Shown here one piece after another: positions 1 to 11,804 of a stretch of DNA of 39,791 nucleotides; positions within the stretch are counted from its first letter, which is position 1; each line of letters opens with the position of its first letter. Location: positions 160,802,899-160,842,689 of the forward strand of contig NC_068983.1 in NCBI RefSeq assembly GCF_001194135.2, read 5' to 3'. The stretch comes from Octopus bimaculoides. Its lineage: Eukaryota. A program made the translations under genes and the position numbers. The notes beneath the pieces are model-generated. The model saw only the letters and a list, made by a program, of their open reading frames with translations. It had not been told where the DNA came from and did not search any database.

Positions 1-94
<94 letters not shown>

Positions 95-97
95 TAC
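1..97. repeat. (TAA)n microsatellite
   Basis: Uninterrupted TAA repeats from the window start. Confidence 0.98.
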
Positions 98-189
98 TAT
101 TATCTTTCTTCCAAGAATTATAGTGATGTTTCATTCCCTAACCAGACAGGCATATAATAACATAACAGCCAAAACTCAAGATTTTTAGC

Positions 190-422
190 GGTAGTATTTT
201 AGGGGTCTCGACATATTGTAAGAAGTAACTAAGTTTCTTTCTTTTACACTTTACACAGTGCAACTTGTTTCCGGCCACTCACGAGGTAAGCCATTGCCAA
301 TCTACACGAGTGAATGCGTGAAAGACAAAATAGGAATTTTGAAAGAAGTATCTATAAGTAGCCATTACGATAAAATAGTAATGAAATGGGCCTACAGGTA
401 GAAAAAAATGGCTGAACACCTG
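190..422 (+). mobile_element. Degenerate hAT-like MITE fragment, same family as 18528-18850
   Basis: 300-422 (CTACACGAG...CAAAATAGGAATTTTGAAAGAAGTATCTATA...AAAAATGGCTGAACACCTG) aligns by eye with 18709-18850. Left boundary uncertain. Confidence 0.6.
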
Positions 423-499
423 TAATCTAGATAGTTCAATTGAATAACAATGATGCATTTCGTGAAAAAAAAGAAAAGGAAGTTGAAGAAGAGGACAAA

Positions 500-670
500 G
501 GATTGAAACTCATCGTCCGAGAGGTAAAGAGATGAGAGGGACAGTGGAGTCTGAGAAGTGAAGGTATGAGACCAGCCAGTACAGACAAATAGAGGCTATT
601 AGAGTAGCGTTAGAAAAGGCAGAGGGAGGGGTTGCCAGTGTGCATATAGACCAGTGGGTGGAGTGTGTAT
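500..670 (-). mobile_element. Degraded 3' ORF2 fragment of an L2/CR1-group LINE
   Basis: Collinear similarity to 28220-28370 (CCGAGAGGT...GGTATGAGACCA.CCAG...GACCAG...GGAGTGTGT), which lies in a recognisable LINE ORF2 C-terminus. Confidence 0.5.
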
Positions 671-1357
671 GTGAGTGAGTTATAAGACATTATGTTGTAA
701 TTTGAGATATTTGGTAGTTATTTTTTGCAGGTCAGCGACCACGTAAAAATCTCGTTTGCGAGACATTAATTACAGGTAATGAAAGACATGGAGGAACGTG
801 GGTTAGCCTAAGGACGAGAGAAAAAAAAAGAAGAAAAAACATCGACAGGTTGTTCGTATTACCAGTTATTGGCGATATATGTGTGAGTATGCGTGTGCAT
901 GTGTGTGTGTATTTGTGAGTGTGTGTGGGGAGAGAGAGGGCAAGAGAGAGAGAGAGAGAGAGAGAGAGTGAGGAAGCGTGAGAGAGATAAACAAAAGAGT
1001 CGACAGATAGTTCCGTCGTCTACTGTTACGTAATTACGTAGAGCCTTATTACAACTGAAGACAGGTATCATCAACAGTTGCACAGTTTACCGTGTAACTG
1101 GATGGTTGTAGCAATGCGTGCACATGATATCAAGGATGGGATTGCATGAAATAAAGTTTTATTTAATTTTTCTTTCTTTGTGTTTAAACGCCAAGATTAT
1201 GCGTATAGTTACATGTGTATACTAATGTTAGCTACTCACTCGCTCCCTTCCATTCGTTTCTCTCTTCTTCCCTACCCCTTCTCTCCCTCTGCCTCTTTAT
1301 TTCCCTTTTTTGTGAATATCTATAAAGTAACTATCCTGTGTTTGATATAGTTATTTA

Positions 1358-1550
1358 CAGGCGTAGCTGTGTTCTAAGTTTGCTTCTCATCCACATGGTT
1401 CCGGGTTCAGTCACCGTTGGCAAGTATCTTCTACTATAGCCCCTGGCCGACAAAAGCCTTGTGAATGGATTTGCTAAACAGAAACTGAAAGAAACCAGTT
1501 GTAAGTATAGGCTTGTGTTTGTGTTTATCCCTCACCCCCGTTTGACAATA
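1358..1550 (+). mobile_element. tRNA-derived SINE family B, 5' part, degenerate
   Basis: CAGGCGTAGCTGTG...CCACATGGTTCCGGGTTCAGTC...CTTCTACTATAGCC...GAAACTGAAAGAA matches the head and core of the copy at 30068. Confidence 0.8.
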
Positions 1551-1628
1551 GAACTAGAGCGCATGCTTTTATTGGCAAAATGTTCCTGCTAAGACAGACT
1601 ATTTATGCGTAAGTATGGTTTATATATA

Positions 1629-2675
1629 TCAGGTCATCCCATAAGTTCTGTCCGATTTTACCTTTTTTAAAATTGAATGAAATTTAATAGTATTTTAGAA
1701 TATCTAATGGAATTAAAAATTATTTCTATGCATTTGTGTACATTTAAACTAATTAAATTATTATTTTACAGAATAATAGAATTAAAATTTCTTTGATTAA
1801 AACCCTTTCTAACATGGAAGTATCCAAAGAGCATTTGAGGCACATAATGCTTTACGAGTACAAAAAAGGAAACTCTGAAGCCGAAGCGACTCGAAATATA
1901 CGCTCAGTTTATGGGAAAGAATGCTTGAATGAAAGAACTTGCAGAAGATGGTTTGCAAAATTCAGAAGTGGAGATTTCAGCCTTGAAGATGAAGATCGAA
2001 CAGGACGTCCAGTTGAGTTTGAGGCATTACTTGAAGAAAATCCTGCATTATCAGATGAAGAATTGGCAATAAAGCTTAGTTCAAACCATACGATTGTTCA
2101 TTGTCATCTTCAACAACTTGGAAAGGTTCTTAAACGAAAATGGGTGCCTCATGAATTTTCCCAAAGCAACCGCACATCCTGAGTTGACAACTGCTCTTCT
2201 CTCTATTATCGCGAACTCATTTCACCCTTTTTGGATAGACTTGTGACTGGTGACGAAAAATGGATCTATCGAAGTGTTAAACGTCGTAAATAGTGGTTTG
2301 GTTAAAGGGAAAATGCTCAACCACATCCGGGAAAGGAACTTCATGGGAAAAAGGTTCTTCTCTCTATCTGGTGGGATTGCAAAGGAGTAATTCACTTTGA
2401 ATTGTTACCACCTAATGCAACAATCAATGCTCAAGTCTACTATCAGCAATTAGAGCATTTGAACCAAGATTTGAAGAAAAAAAAAAGACCCGCTTTAGTG
2501 AATCGAAAAGGAGCGATGTTTCATCAGGACAATGCGCGTCTCATACTGCAAAGATCACATCACAGAAGATCGAAGAGCTTGGGTGCGAAAAAATTCCTCA
2601 TCCACCTTATTCTCCCGACCTTGCTCCTTCAGACTACCATTTGTTTTGTAGTTTACAGAATCATTTGAGGACACA
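1629..2675 (+). mobile_element. Tc1/mariner (mariner-type) transposon with disrupted transposase
   Basis: TA then TIR-like TCAGGTCATCCCATAAGTTCTGTCCG at 1629. ATG at 1814 opens an HTH region (RHIMLYEYKKG, ERTCRRWFAKFRSGDFSLEDEDRTGRP). Catalytic motifs VTGDEKWI, HQDNAR and HPPYSPDLAPSDYHLF are present across frameshifts and stops. The 3' end is lost in the N-gap at 2676-2685. Confidence 0.95.
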
Positions 2676-3139
2676 NNNNNNNNNNGCGAAAAATGACCAT
2701 GTGGGTAAGCAGCTCCGTATCAGCTTGGCTTGTGACTATGGAAACAGGCTGCTATATGCCTGTGGCTTTCGATTGGCTAAAATTGCCCAAAATTTGCTGC
2801 CAATGATTACCATACAAAACTTGTTTTCTTTATCAAAATTCAGACAGAACTTATTGGATGACCTGATACCTAATACAAACATGTTACCAGTTCAAATATG
2901 TCGAGGCATATTCGAACCTAAAAAATAGCCATTCACTGTATTTATCACTCCAATTATGAAGAAAGGAGAGGATTAAACCAATAAACTGTCCAAAATATAT
3001 GCCCATATGACATCAGGATAGTATACAAGAGTAATACAACACTTCGCAAAAATCTTCTTCGAGTAAAACCACCAATAGAAGAGAATATGATCACGAACTG
3101 CGTGTACTCCATTTCATGCAGCTGTGGGAGGTTACACAA

Positions 3140-4022
3140 AGGCGAAACATGTCAACTCCTCAAAATAAGGGTAGATGACCATCGCAAAGCTGTGACACTG
3201 GGAGAAAGATATAACAAATAAATAGATAAATAAATAAATAGAACTCCCAAAGTGGGAGGCGCTTCGAAAAAGGAAAGGTTACACGTGGAAAAACCCATAA
3301 AACCACGGGAGCCTGGTCAGAAAAAATAAGAAAGGGGTATAGAGCCCTTTCTCCTTTCACATTACCTTCTTTTTTTNNNNNNNNNNNNNNNNNNNNNNNN
3401 NNNNNNNNNNNNNNNNNNNNNNNNNNNNNNNNNNNNNNNNNNNNNNNNNNNNNNNNNNNNNNNNNNNNNNNNNNNNNNNNNNNNNNNNNNNNNNNNNNNN
3501 NNNNNNNNNNNNNNNNNNNNNNNNNNNNNNNNNNNNNNNNNNNNNNNNNNNNNNNNNNNNNNNNNNNNNNNNNNNNNNNNNNNNNNNNNNNNNNNNNNNN
3601 NNNNNNNNNNNNNNNNNNNNNNNNNNNNNNNNNNNNGGAAAATTGCCTTGCCCTCCCGGTTAAAGGAGGTCGGCGGGTCAATCCTCACGATGGATTCAGC
3701 TGATAGCCGGATCCGTCCTACACGTGACAGTAGTTGTTCGATATAGACCCACAGGTCAGCAATGTTCGGACACTGGACGAGTGCGTGCAGAACGGTTTCG
3801 TCGTCCTGAGCGCACCTCGGGCAGGCTCGGTTGACGGCACTTCCGTGCCGGTAGAGTTTATCTCGAACAGGTAGCGCACCTCGGTAGCACTGCCAGGCGA
3901 GGGACCTTTGGAAATTATCCATGGGCCCCGGCCCCAAAGTTCTCCCAACAGACTGTCTAGCTGATTATCTTCGAATGCCTAGAGTTTCCCCGAGAACGTC
4001 GTCGCACTTTTCCTCCACTAAC
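3140..4022 (-). mobile_element. L1/Tx1-clade LINE 3' fragment (ORF2 C-terminal zinc finger and 3' UTR), interrupted by a gap
   Basis: Minus-strand translation WQCYRGALPVRDKLYRHGSAVNRACPRCAQDDETVLHALVQC is the zf-RVT-type CxxC...HxxxxC motif. T-rich sequence resembling a 3' UTR lies at 3140-3376. Gap at 3377-3636. Confidence 0.8.
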
Positions 4023-4143
4023 TCTCTATAGAATGCTAGAGTGGAGATACTACCTATCGCACTGCCCGCCTGAGTGAAGGCAGTGAGAGCTTGGTTACAC
4101 TCGAAAAATACCTTAGGAATGAGAACCCAGGTTCGAAATTTTT

Positions 4144-4176
4144 CTGATGAAGTCTGGAAGGTATATCAGCCGAAAC
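4144..4176 (+). ncRNA. Partial, decayed hammerhead ribozyme core in a Penelope-type terminal repeat remnant
   Basis: CTGATGA (4144-4150), A, stem II GTCTGG/TCAGCC with one mismatch and one G-U, then GAAAC (4172-4176). Stem I, stem III and the cleavage triplet are not found. Confidence 0.45.
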
Positions 4177-4629
4177 AAGTAAGATGAGGACAAATATCCG
4201 TCAATTGTAAATAATGAATTATAAGACTCTACATTCTTACAACGTAATGTTGTGTTGAGGTCGTTTATGATTTTGTGGCGCAAAATAATGAAACACTATG
4301 AGTGCGCGCGCACGTGTGTATGTGTGAGCGTACATCAGGAGCGTTTCTTTCGAAAATATGAAAATAAAGCTTAAATCTTTCGTCTTCATGAGAACACACT
4401 GGAAAGCGGGTACATATGTATTAAAGGTAGTCTAGGTACCCTATTTCAGTTATATAGCTTTTACTTTTAATATTGCATTAAGTACCAGAAGTTGCCCTGA
4501 TACATATATGTATATTAAATGTATATAAATTTATATGTATGTGTGTATATTTATAATCGACTTGACCCTGCCTCCAAGACTACTGGCTTTGTGCCAAAAT
4601 TTGAAGCCATTATTACTCTGGCTTCAATC

Positions 4630-4832
4630 GGTGAGCGGGCAGAATCGTTAGCACGCCGGGCAAAATGTTTAGCGGCACTCGTCTGTCTTACGTTCTGAGT
4701 TCAAATTCCACTGAGGTCGACTTTGCTTTCATCTTTTCAGGGTCGATAAAATAAGTACAGTTTGAGAACCGTGGTTGATGTAATCCTCTCCCCCAAAATA
4801 TCAGGCCTGGTGCCTGTAGAAAGAATTATTAT
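4630..4832 (+). mobile_element. tRNA-derived SINE family A, diverged
   Basis: A-box-like GGCAGAATCGTTAG, B-box GAGTTCAAATTCC, body GAGGTCGACTTTGC...GGGTCGATAAAATAAGTAC, tail GTAGAAAGAATTATT. Confidence 0.9.
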
Positions 4833-6282
4833 TTTGTTTTTCTTACAATTCGAAATAAACATAGGTGAAATCAATTCTTCCTGCCCTCCTTTCACTCTCT
4901 CATGCACTTTGACCCGATCATTATCTCAGTTACAACTCAACGTAACTTGGATCTTAAATTGATCTTCTTGAAAAGAAACAATTTATTCTAATTACATAAT
5001 TAAAAAAACAAAACAAAAAAGTTTAGCATGATCTATGTTGGTGTGCCGTGGGAAGAAATTTTAATAAGGGTTTCTGGCAGGACTTTTAATCGGAAAATGA
5101 GTCTTACTGAATTGACTCCATGTTGTCTCCTCGAATTCAAGTAATTATATTATATTATTTAATTTGGTTTCTTTGTTGTTCTTTCACCTCTTTAAGCGCT
5201 CACCTCCTTCACCCTTGTTCCTTACACTTGCTTCTTCTGACTTTATAACCAGTCGACGACTATGTCAGCATGGTCTGTTGAGAAAAGATCCACATTTATT
5301 TCCTATTTGTAACGGTCTTTATAATTGTAAACACACACACACACACACACGGGAACCCTGGAGATTCGTACACGCATACACAAACACACACACACACAGA
5401 TACACACACGTATGCACATCATCAATTATGTAGAAATATACAGACGACACTGCCAGCCATTTACCACCCTACAACAACACGTCATTGCGTACGCACACGA
5501 CAACAAATCATTCTCTAAATCCTTTCATTTCCCGTCTAACTGTTTCATTTTCTGGCCTTTAGTTTCTCGATTTTCTTGACTTTCGTTCAACGTTCTACTC
5601 TACATTCTCTTTCTTGTTTTGTTTTTCACTTTCTATCTTTCTCTCTTCTGTTTCACCTTTATTTTCTTCACCTTCAACATTTCTCCTCAAGTTTTCCTTT
5701 TACCTTTTCCCTTTATTTTTCTCCAATTCTTTTTATTACTGCTATTTATTTTACTCGGTATTTTTTCTACTGTTATATTCGCACGCACACACACACGCAC
5801 ACACACACACACACACACACACTCACTTACGCACACGCACATATACACCACCACAGCCACTGCCGACACTGTTTCCCATTAGTCTCCTTTTAATTCTCGA
5901 ATCACGCTTCTCTTGTCATTCTGTTCGTAGCCTGGTCTCCCTCCCTCTCTACTTTTCTCCCTCTACTCCTCACTCTTACACTTTGTGTCTATCTTTCTCG
6001 CAACACGTCTCGCAGTGTAGGCTGGTGTAGGAGAGACGATCCGCCAAACCGGCGACAGTCGATGTTAGGGCCGTATCATTAAATCCCTAGGGTCAATGGC
6101 TTTCTTTTTGACCCTAAGCCTTCGTTATCTGTAGTTCAGACTGACAGAGAACCCCTTCGACTCTGACGCCGGAGTCTCTATTCAGAGACGTTTCGGCGTT
6201 TTATCGCGGGAGAGACAGAAACCGCGCCTCGCTGGCAAAGATAGATTGTTTAGAAATAGAGAGAAGTTACAAGGCGAACAAG

Positions 6283-6290
<8 letters not shown>

Positions 6291-6352
<62 letters not shown>
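6291..6352. repeat. (GATA)n microsatellite
   Basis: Direct reading of the sequence. Confidence 0.97.
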
Positions 6353-6353
<1 letters not shown>

Positions 6354-7133
6354 GAAAGAGAGAGAGCAGGGGAGAGAAAGAGAGAGATAAGTGAGAAGAC
6401 TATAAAGTCTCAACTAGTTTGGATAGACTGAAAAAGAAAAGAACAAGCAGAAATCAATGAAAGGTAGGAAGAAGGAGTGAGAGACGAGGAGCTAAGCGAC
6501 GGAAAGAAAATAGGAAATTAAAAAGGAGACTAAATGGCTTAAGAATGGCGGCAACTTATTTTTTCTGATCGTTGTTTTGGTTGATGTATGATTTATTTAT
6601 TTATTTATTTTTGCTATTTCAATGTACTTTTTAATGTGTTTAATGTTATTGTGTTTGCTGTGTTTGCTGTGTTTTTTTATTATTTTTTTATTTAAATGAT
6701 TGTTTGATTTGGGCAGTTGTGGCGACTATGACGTGTCTTCCTGATAATGAAGTGGGTGGAGAGAAACTGTCCTATAACGGGCCGATAGCGAACAGTAAAA
6801 CAGATTTGGTTATCTTTTTTCTGTCTCACTGGATTCTTACATTACGTTTGACTATGAAGTTGTATAAAAAACATATGAACGGTTTTATAAGCAGCTGGGT
6901 GTCTGTGTCTGTTTAGGGACGGGGCCAACCAGCTTTTAAGGATCTATAATAAATACTGCTTTTTATTGTTGGTTGCTATTGGTTACCCTTGCAGTGTGGG
7001 AATGTGTATATGTGTATATGCATGTTTATGCATTAAAAGGAGAAAAAAACAGAAAGCAGAGACAGAGAGACAGACAAAATTACACTTATATAATCTCCAA
7101 ATGTTTACTTTTTTTATAAACAAAAACAAACTT

Positions 7134-8822
7134 GGATCTAGTCGGTTTGGCTGCCAGCATCAATTCTGTTCGAATTGATTTCATATTAAGTGTAATAATA
7201 CACTTTTATTGGCTAATGAATGACGTGAAAATCATTTTCGCTATAAATCAATAAAAAGTTATTAGTAATTAAAGTTTGAAAATTTTGGCAATTTTAGCCA
7301 GTCGTAAGCCACAGACACATTCATGCCTGTTTCCATAGTAACAGACAGAACATGAGATTTCTTTTGTCTGCGAGGAAGTGCGTGTCTGTTTCCATAGTAC
7401 AAGCGGAACCGAGAACTTTTTTATCTGCGAGAAAGCACGTGCGACAAATATATTGAAACCACTTTGATTAGGGCAGCAAGTTCCTGTAACCTCGCTCCTA
7501 TGATGAAGAGACTGAAAACAGAAGAGAATATTGTGTACCTTCAAGAAAAGGGTGTTATATGCAAAGAAAACTATGTAAAAACAAGAGGCATGTAATGTGT
7601 ACAAAAAAGCGTGGTGGGAGAATGTACTGGCGGTGCTTGCGCCAAGAATGCATGGAGTCTGTGTCGGTGAAGAAAAGCACATGGTTTGAAGGTGACACCC
7701 TTCCTTTTAGGTCTGCAGTGCTCTTCCTTTACTTATAGGTTAAGAAATTGACTTCAGCCCGGTTTTGTATTGAAGAACTGGGGATGAACCGCAACTTTGT
7801 TAGAGAAATATGTGCGGAGGACTTGCTCCGTCATCCAATTCAAGTTGGTGGTCCTAGGAAGATTGTTGAAATTGACGAAACAGTCTTCTCAAGACGTAAG
7901 TACAATCGAAGAAGGGTCCCACCTGAGCAGTGGGGTTTCGGAGAAGTGTGTCGCGAGACCAGACAGGTTTTCTGCATGCGGTACCATGTCGGAATCGTGA
8001 CACACTAGAAGAATGTATACGTCACTCGATTCTTCCAGGAACCACAATTTTCAGCGATTAGTGGAAGGCGTACTCTCACATTCCTGAAATTGATGGTAAC
8101 AATTTTGAGCATAGAACGGTGAACCACAGCGTTGAGTTTGTTAAGCCGAAAGATGGTACCCACACTCAACAAGTGGAGAGTACGTGGGCCTCCGCGAAGC
8201 GAGGTAATAAACGACGCTGTGGCTCTCGCCGTTCTATGGTAGATTCATATCTGAATTTATCTGGTGTAGGAGATACGAAAATTGTGATTTGTTTGAAAAG
8301 TGGTTGTGAAATGTGCTAAAAATAACAGCTAAATAACGTTTTTTGGATAAATCTTTTAAACTAACATAAACATTTGTTTGTATGAAAGAGAATTATCGGA
8401 GTACTTTCATATAATTCTTCCAAATCTTTCTGTTAATACTGTATTGAAACTATTTGTGGGGAAACATTGTAATGTTTTTATCGCATGTAACGTGTTGTTT
8501 ATCGCATTTGCATTAAATGCATATTGAATGCTTCGAGCTACAAAACATGTGTTGTTTACAAATATTAATTGACAACATGTGCTATTTTCAGGATGTTGAT
8601 GACAAAATGTGCAGTCACGCACAAAGTGACAGCTTTCAAGACCTGTTTCCCGTCTGGTTGAAAATGATCAAACTTTAAACCTCCATAACTTTTTTAAACC
8701 ATTTTTTTCTGGAAAAAGTGAAATAACTCCAGCAATTCAGCTTGGAAAAGTATATTATTGTGTCAAATTTTAAAATTTTCGATAAATTTTCTGAGATGCT
8801 AGCAACCAAACCAATTAGATCT
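7134..8822 (+). mobile_element. Full-length Merlin (IS1595/IS1016-like DDE) DNA transposon, transposase disrupted
   Basis: 28-bp TIRs at 7134-7161 (GGATCTAGTCGGTTTGGCTGCCAGCATC) and 8795-8822 match at 23/28. The 8-bp TSD is ACAAACTT (7126-7133) / AAAAACTT (8823-8830). The transposase remnant spans about 7500-8260, with GGPRKIVEIDETVFSRRKYNR, PGTTIFSD*WKAYS and VNHSVEFVKPKDGTHTQQVESTW. Confidence 0.92.
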
Positions 8823-9589
8823 AAAAACTTAAATATTTGACACTGAATAATTTTATCTTGCAAATATATCATTACATGATCGCTTGACTTGCTCAAAATA
8901 GCAACCAAATCTCCCTTAACTCACTGCATAAGTCCTTAAATTGATGGAAAGGTCATGGCTGGAATGTCTTTGATTATAGGTCTATTCGTTCTAGGCCGAG
9001 CTGATCCTCAACAACAACAACAACAACAGCAGCAATATTAACATATTCTTAAATTATTTCAGTAGCACGTGTTTTAGAGACAGCACTGAATTCGTTTTTG
9101 TATTTCATTTCTTATTGTTTGACTAGTGCGTTCAAAACCTGAGTGTCGTTACACCGACTCTATACATTATACATTGGATCAAGCATCGACTCTGCTGAAT
9201 AAAAAATGTATATTTTCTCTTATTTCCAGACTTATCGTACACTTCTTCTGCCGTATTATATGCGAAAATCTTTTTATTAATGTTACATAACAAAATATCT
9301 TATCTACTCTTTGAGCATGGAGTTTCACGTACTTTCTATAGGAATGGCTGAATGAATGGGGTTTAAGGTAGCCATCTCGCTCATCGATGATCAGCTATCT
9401 TCCTTATTCCTTTGTGAACAATATTCACATTGAATTGGAATGCACTTCTAGCATCTCGTGACTTCTCTCAATTTCTTAGATATCATTGTTTCCCAAATCA
9501 TGCAATATCTCTCGAACTTCATCCTTTGCAAGCCAAGCACCTCCCATTTCAATCTCCAATTTCCATCTTTCCATTCCATTTATTCATCA

Positions 9590-10105
9590 ATTTTCGTCGC
9601 CCATTATTCCTGTGGGGAGGAGGAGTCGTGGAGGTTGAGTCCTCAGCATATCCTCCATAGGGTCCTATCAGAAGCAATCGTCTTTGCAATTCCCGGATGT
9701 ATTCCCAAGCGTAAACAAACGAGACCATGGATATTGTCCAGCCAACTCGCTTGTTGTCTATTCTCCGTTGACTCAGTTAAAAGATCTTATCTTGCATCAT
9801 TTTTTGTGACATTCCAGTCATATGTCCATGACAGAGGAACTTAGATCACTCAATGCAGAGAAGTAACAGCTCGGTCGGAAGCGACTACCCAATACTCGAG
9901 CTACGCACCTTGTCGAGTAACGTTACCCCAGAATTCCTTCAGATGAATCCTATTTCAGCCGCTTGTATTTGTGATCGTATTCTTTTGATCATTCCCCGAC
10001 ATTCATGAGCATAGGTGAGGATAGGCACGAAAACCGAATTGAAGATAACAAGTTTGGTATCCTGGGTATCAGAATAGGGATTTTATAGGGTAATAGCTGT
10101 TCTCT
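9590..10105 (-). mobile_element. RTE-clade LINE 3' fragment
   Basis: Minus-strand remnants TKLVIFNSVFVPILTYAHEC, QIQAAEIGF, GVTLLDKVRSS and ASWLDNIHGL are typical of the RTE ORF C-terminus, with multiple stops and frameshifts. Confidence 0.75.
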
Positions 10106-10119
10106 GCCCGACAGCCCTG

Positions 10120-11730
10120 ACATTGGTACTTAGTAAAATGAACCTGGGGTACCAACTAAAGGGAAAATCTCAAGCAATCAGCCACCTCCTGTTCACGGAT
10201 GATTTGAGACTGTATGGCAAGGATGAGGCACAAGTGAGTTCTTTGGTGAACACAGTCCAATGTTTTAGTACTGATATTAGAATGGAATTTGGACTCAAGA
10301 CGTGTGGTATAATGTACCTGAAAAGAGGTAAGGTACTTTCCCTAGAAGGGATAGCATTACTTAATAGAGAAATGATTAAACAAATTGAAAAAGAAGGCTA
10401 TAAATACATTGGCATACTAGAGTTCAACGAAATCATGGAGAAGGAAAGGAAAGAACAACTGAGGATGGAATATTTCCGAAGACTAAGATTGGTGTTGCGC
10501 TCAGAATTGACAGGATGGAATGAAATCCCAGCAATTAATACATGGACGATTGCATCACTTCGGTATCGAGCTTGAATCATAAAATGGCAAAATAAAGAAC
10601 TGATAAACATGGAGACGAAGACCAGAAAAATATTGACAGTGCACAGAGCCTTCTACCCAAAGAGTGACACCGATAGGCTGTACTTGTCCAGAAGAAAGGG
10701 TGGGAGATGTCTGATCAGTTGCCAGGATTATATCGAAACAGAAGAAAACAGCTTAGAGTGGTATGTAAAAAATACCGTGGAATCATTGTTGAAACATGTG
10801 AAGTCCGGCGTCATCAAAACTGATAATTGTGTAATGAAAGACAAACTTAAAGAGGAAAAGAACACAAAAAAAGAAAGAAACAGCATGGAATGAGAAAAAA
10901 TGTACAGTCAGTTTGCAAGAGATATGAACGCCAAGACAGATACAAAAGACCGGTGGCTGTGGATGAGGAGGAGTGACTTGAAGATAGAGACAAAATTATT
11001 TATATGCACAGCACAAGAATGAGCATTAAGGACTAACTGTGTGAAGCGCAGATTAGACAACACTACCGACAGCGACAAATGCAGAATGTGTGGTGAGAGG
11101 GGTGAAACGGCATGGCACAATCGGTAGCTAATGCCCGAAATTGGCACAACGCGACTACGAAAGACAAAATAACAATGTGGCAAGAATGCTTTATTTGAGA
11201 GCTCTGTGGAAATCACGGCCTACAAAGAGCAAAGACGTAGTATGAGAAACCCCCAGAAAGTGTCACCGAAAATGAAAATTGCAAAATCTTGTGGGATGGA
11301 ATGATTCAGTGCGATCACCTGACCAGACATCGGAAACCGGACATTACTGTGGGGAATAAAAAGAAAGAACACGCATGATAATCGGCATAGCACGCCCCGG
11401 TGACAACAGGATCAAAGAGAAACAAGAAGAAAATCTGATGATTTAAAGTGGGAAATACGAAGATTGTGGTCAATAAGGAGAGTAAACGTGATACCAAAAG
11501 TAACTGGTGCAATTGAAAGTATCAGCACTCAACTACCAACAAGGCTCAAAAAGATTGGTACAAATGTAAAGGTAGAACACCTACAAACATCAGCATTGCT
11601 TGGAACTGCAAGAATTCTTGGCAGGGTTCTTGAAGCATGACCAGTAAACAAGTGTCGCCTTAGTCTGATGACTATGGACAACTGACACTTTCCATCATAC
11701 CCAGTAAAATAAGCTGTGTGTTCTCATCAA
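10120..11730 (+). mobile_element. 5'-truncated R4/Dong-type non-LTR retrotransposon (RT plus REL endonuclease), disrupted
   Basis: ISHLLFTDDLRLY (YxDD-like, 10192-10203), MEFGLKTCG, GYKYIGILE, DRLYLSRRKGGR, zinc knuckle CRMCG..GET, and REL motif RKPDITV (about 11331-11350). ORF stop at about 11640, followed by an AAC/AAT tail. Confidence 0.88.
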
Positions 11731-11762
11731 ATAACAACAATAACAACAACAACAACAACAAC

Positions 11763-11803
<41 letters not shown>
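11731..11803. repeat. (AAC)n/(AAT)n microsatellite
   Basis: Direct reading; lies between the R4/Dong 3' end and a minus-strand SINE tail. Confidence 0.97.

Positions 11804-11804
<1 letters not shown>

Noticed and set aside
5108-5121. Minus-strand ATG GAG TCA ATT CA|GTAAGA as another phase-2 first exon
   Set aside because: Only 14 coding nt; such motifs are expected by chance in 40 kb.
5576-6030. Overlapping ORFs rich in F/L/S and HT repeats, and similar ORFs at 13430, 20817, 26888, 30901, 31177 and 36017
   Set aside because: They are translations of CT-rich tracts and (CA)n, (TATC)n or (CATA)n microsatellites, with no protein-like composition.
6969-8908. 12-bp inverted repeat TTGGTTGCTATT (6969-6980) / AATAGCAACCAA (8897-8908) as the Merlin TIR
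   Set aside because: It has no flanking TSD. The 28-bp TIR pair at 7134/8822 with an 8-bp TSD explains the element better.
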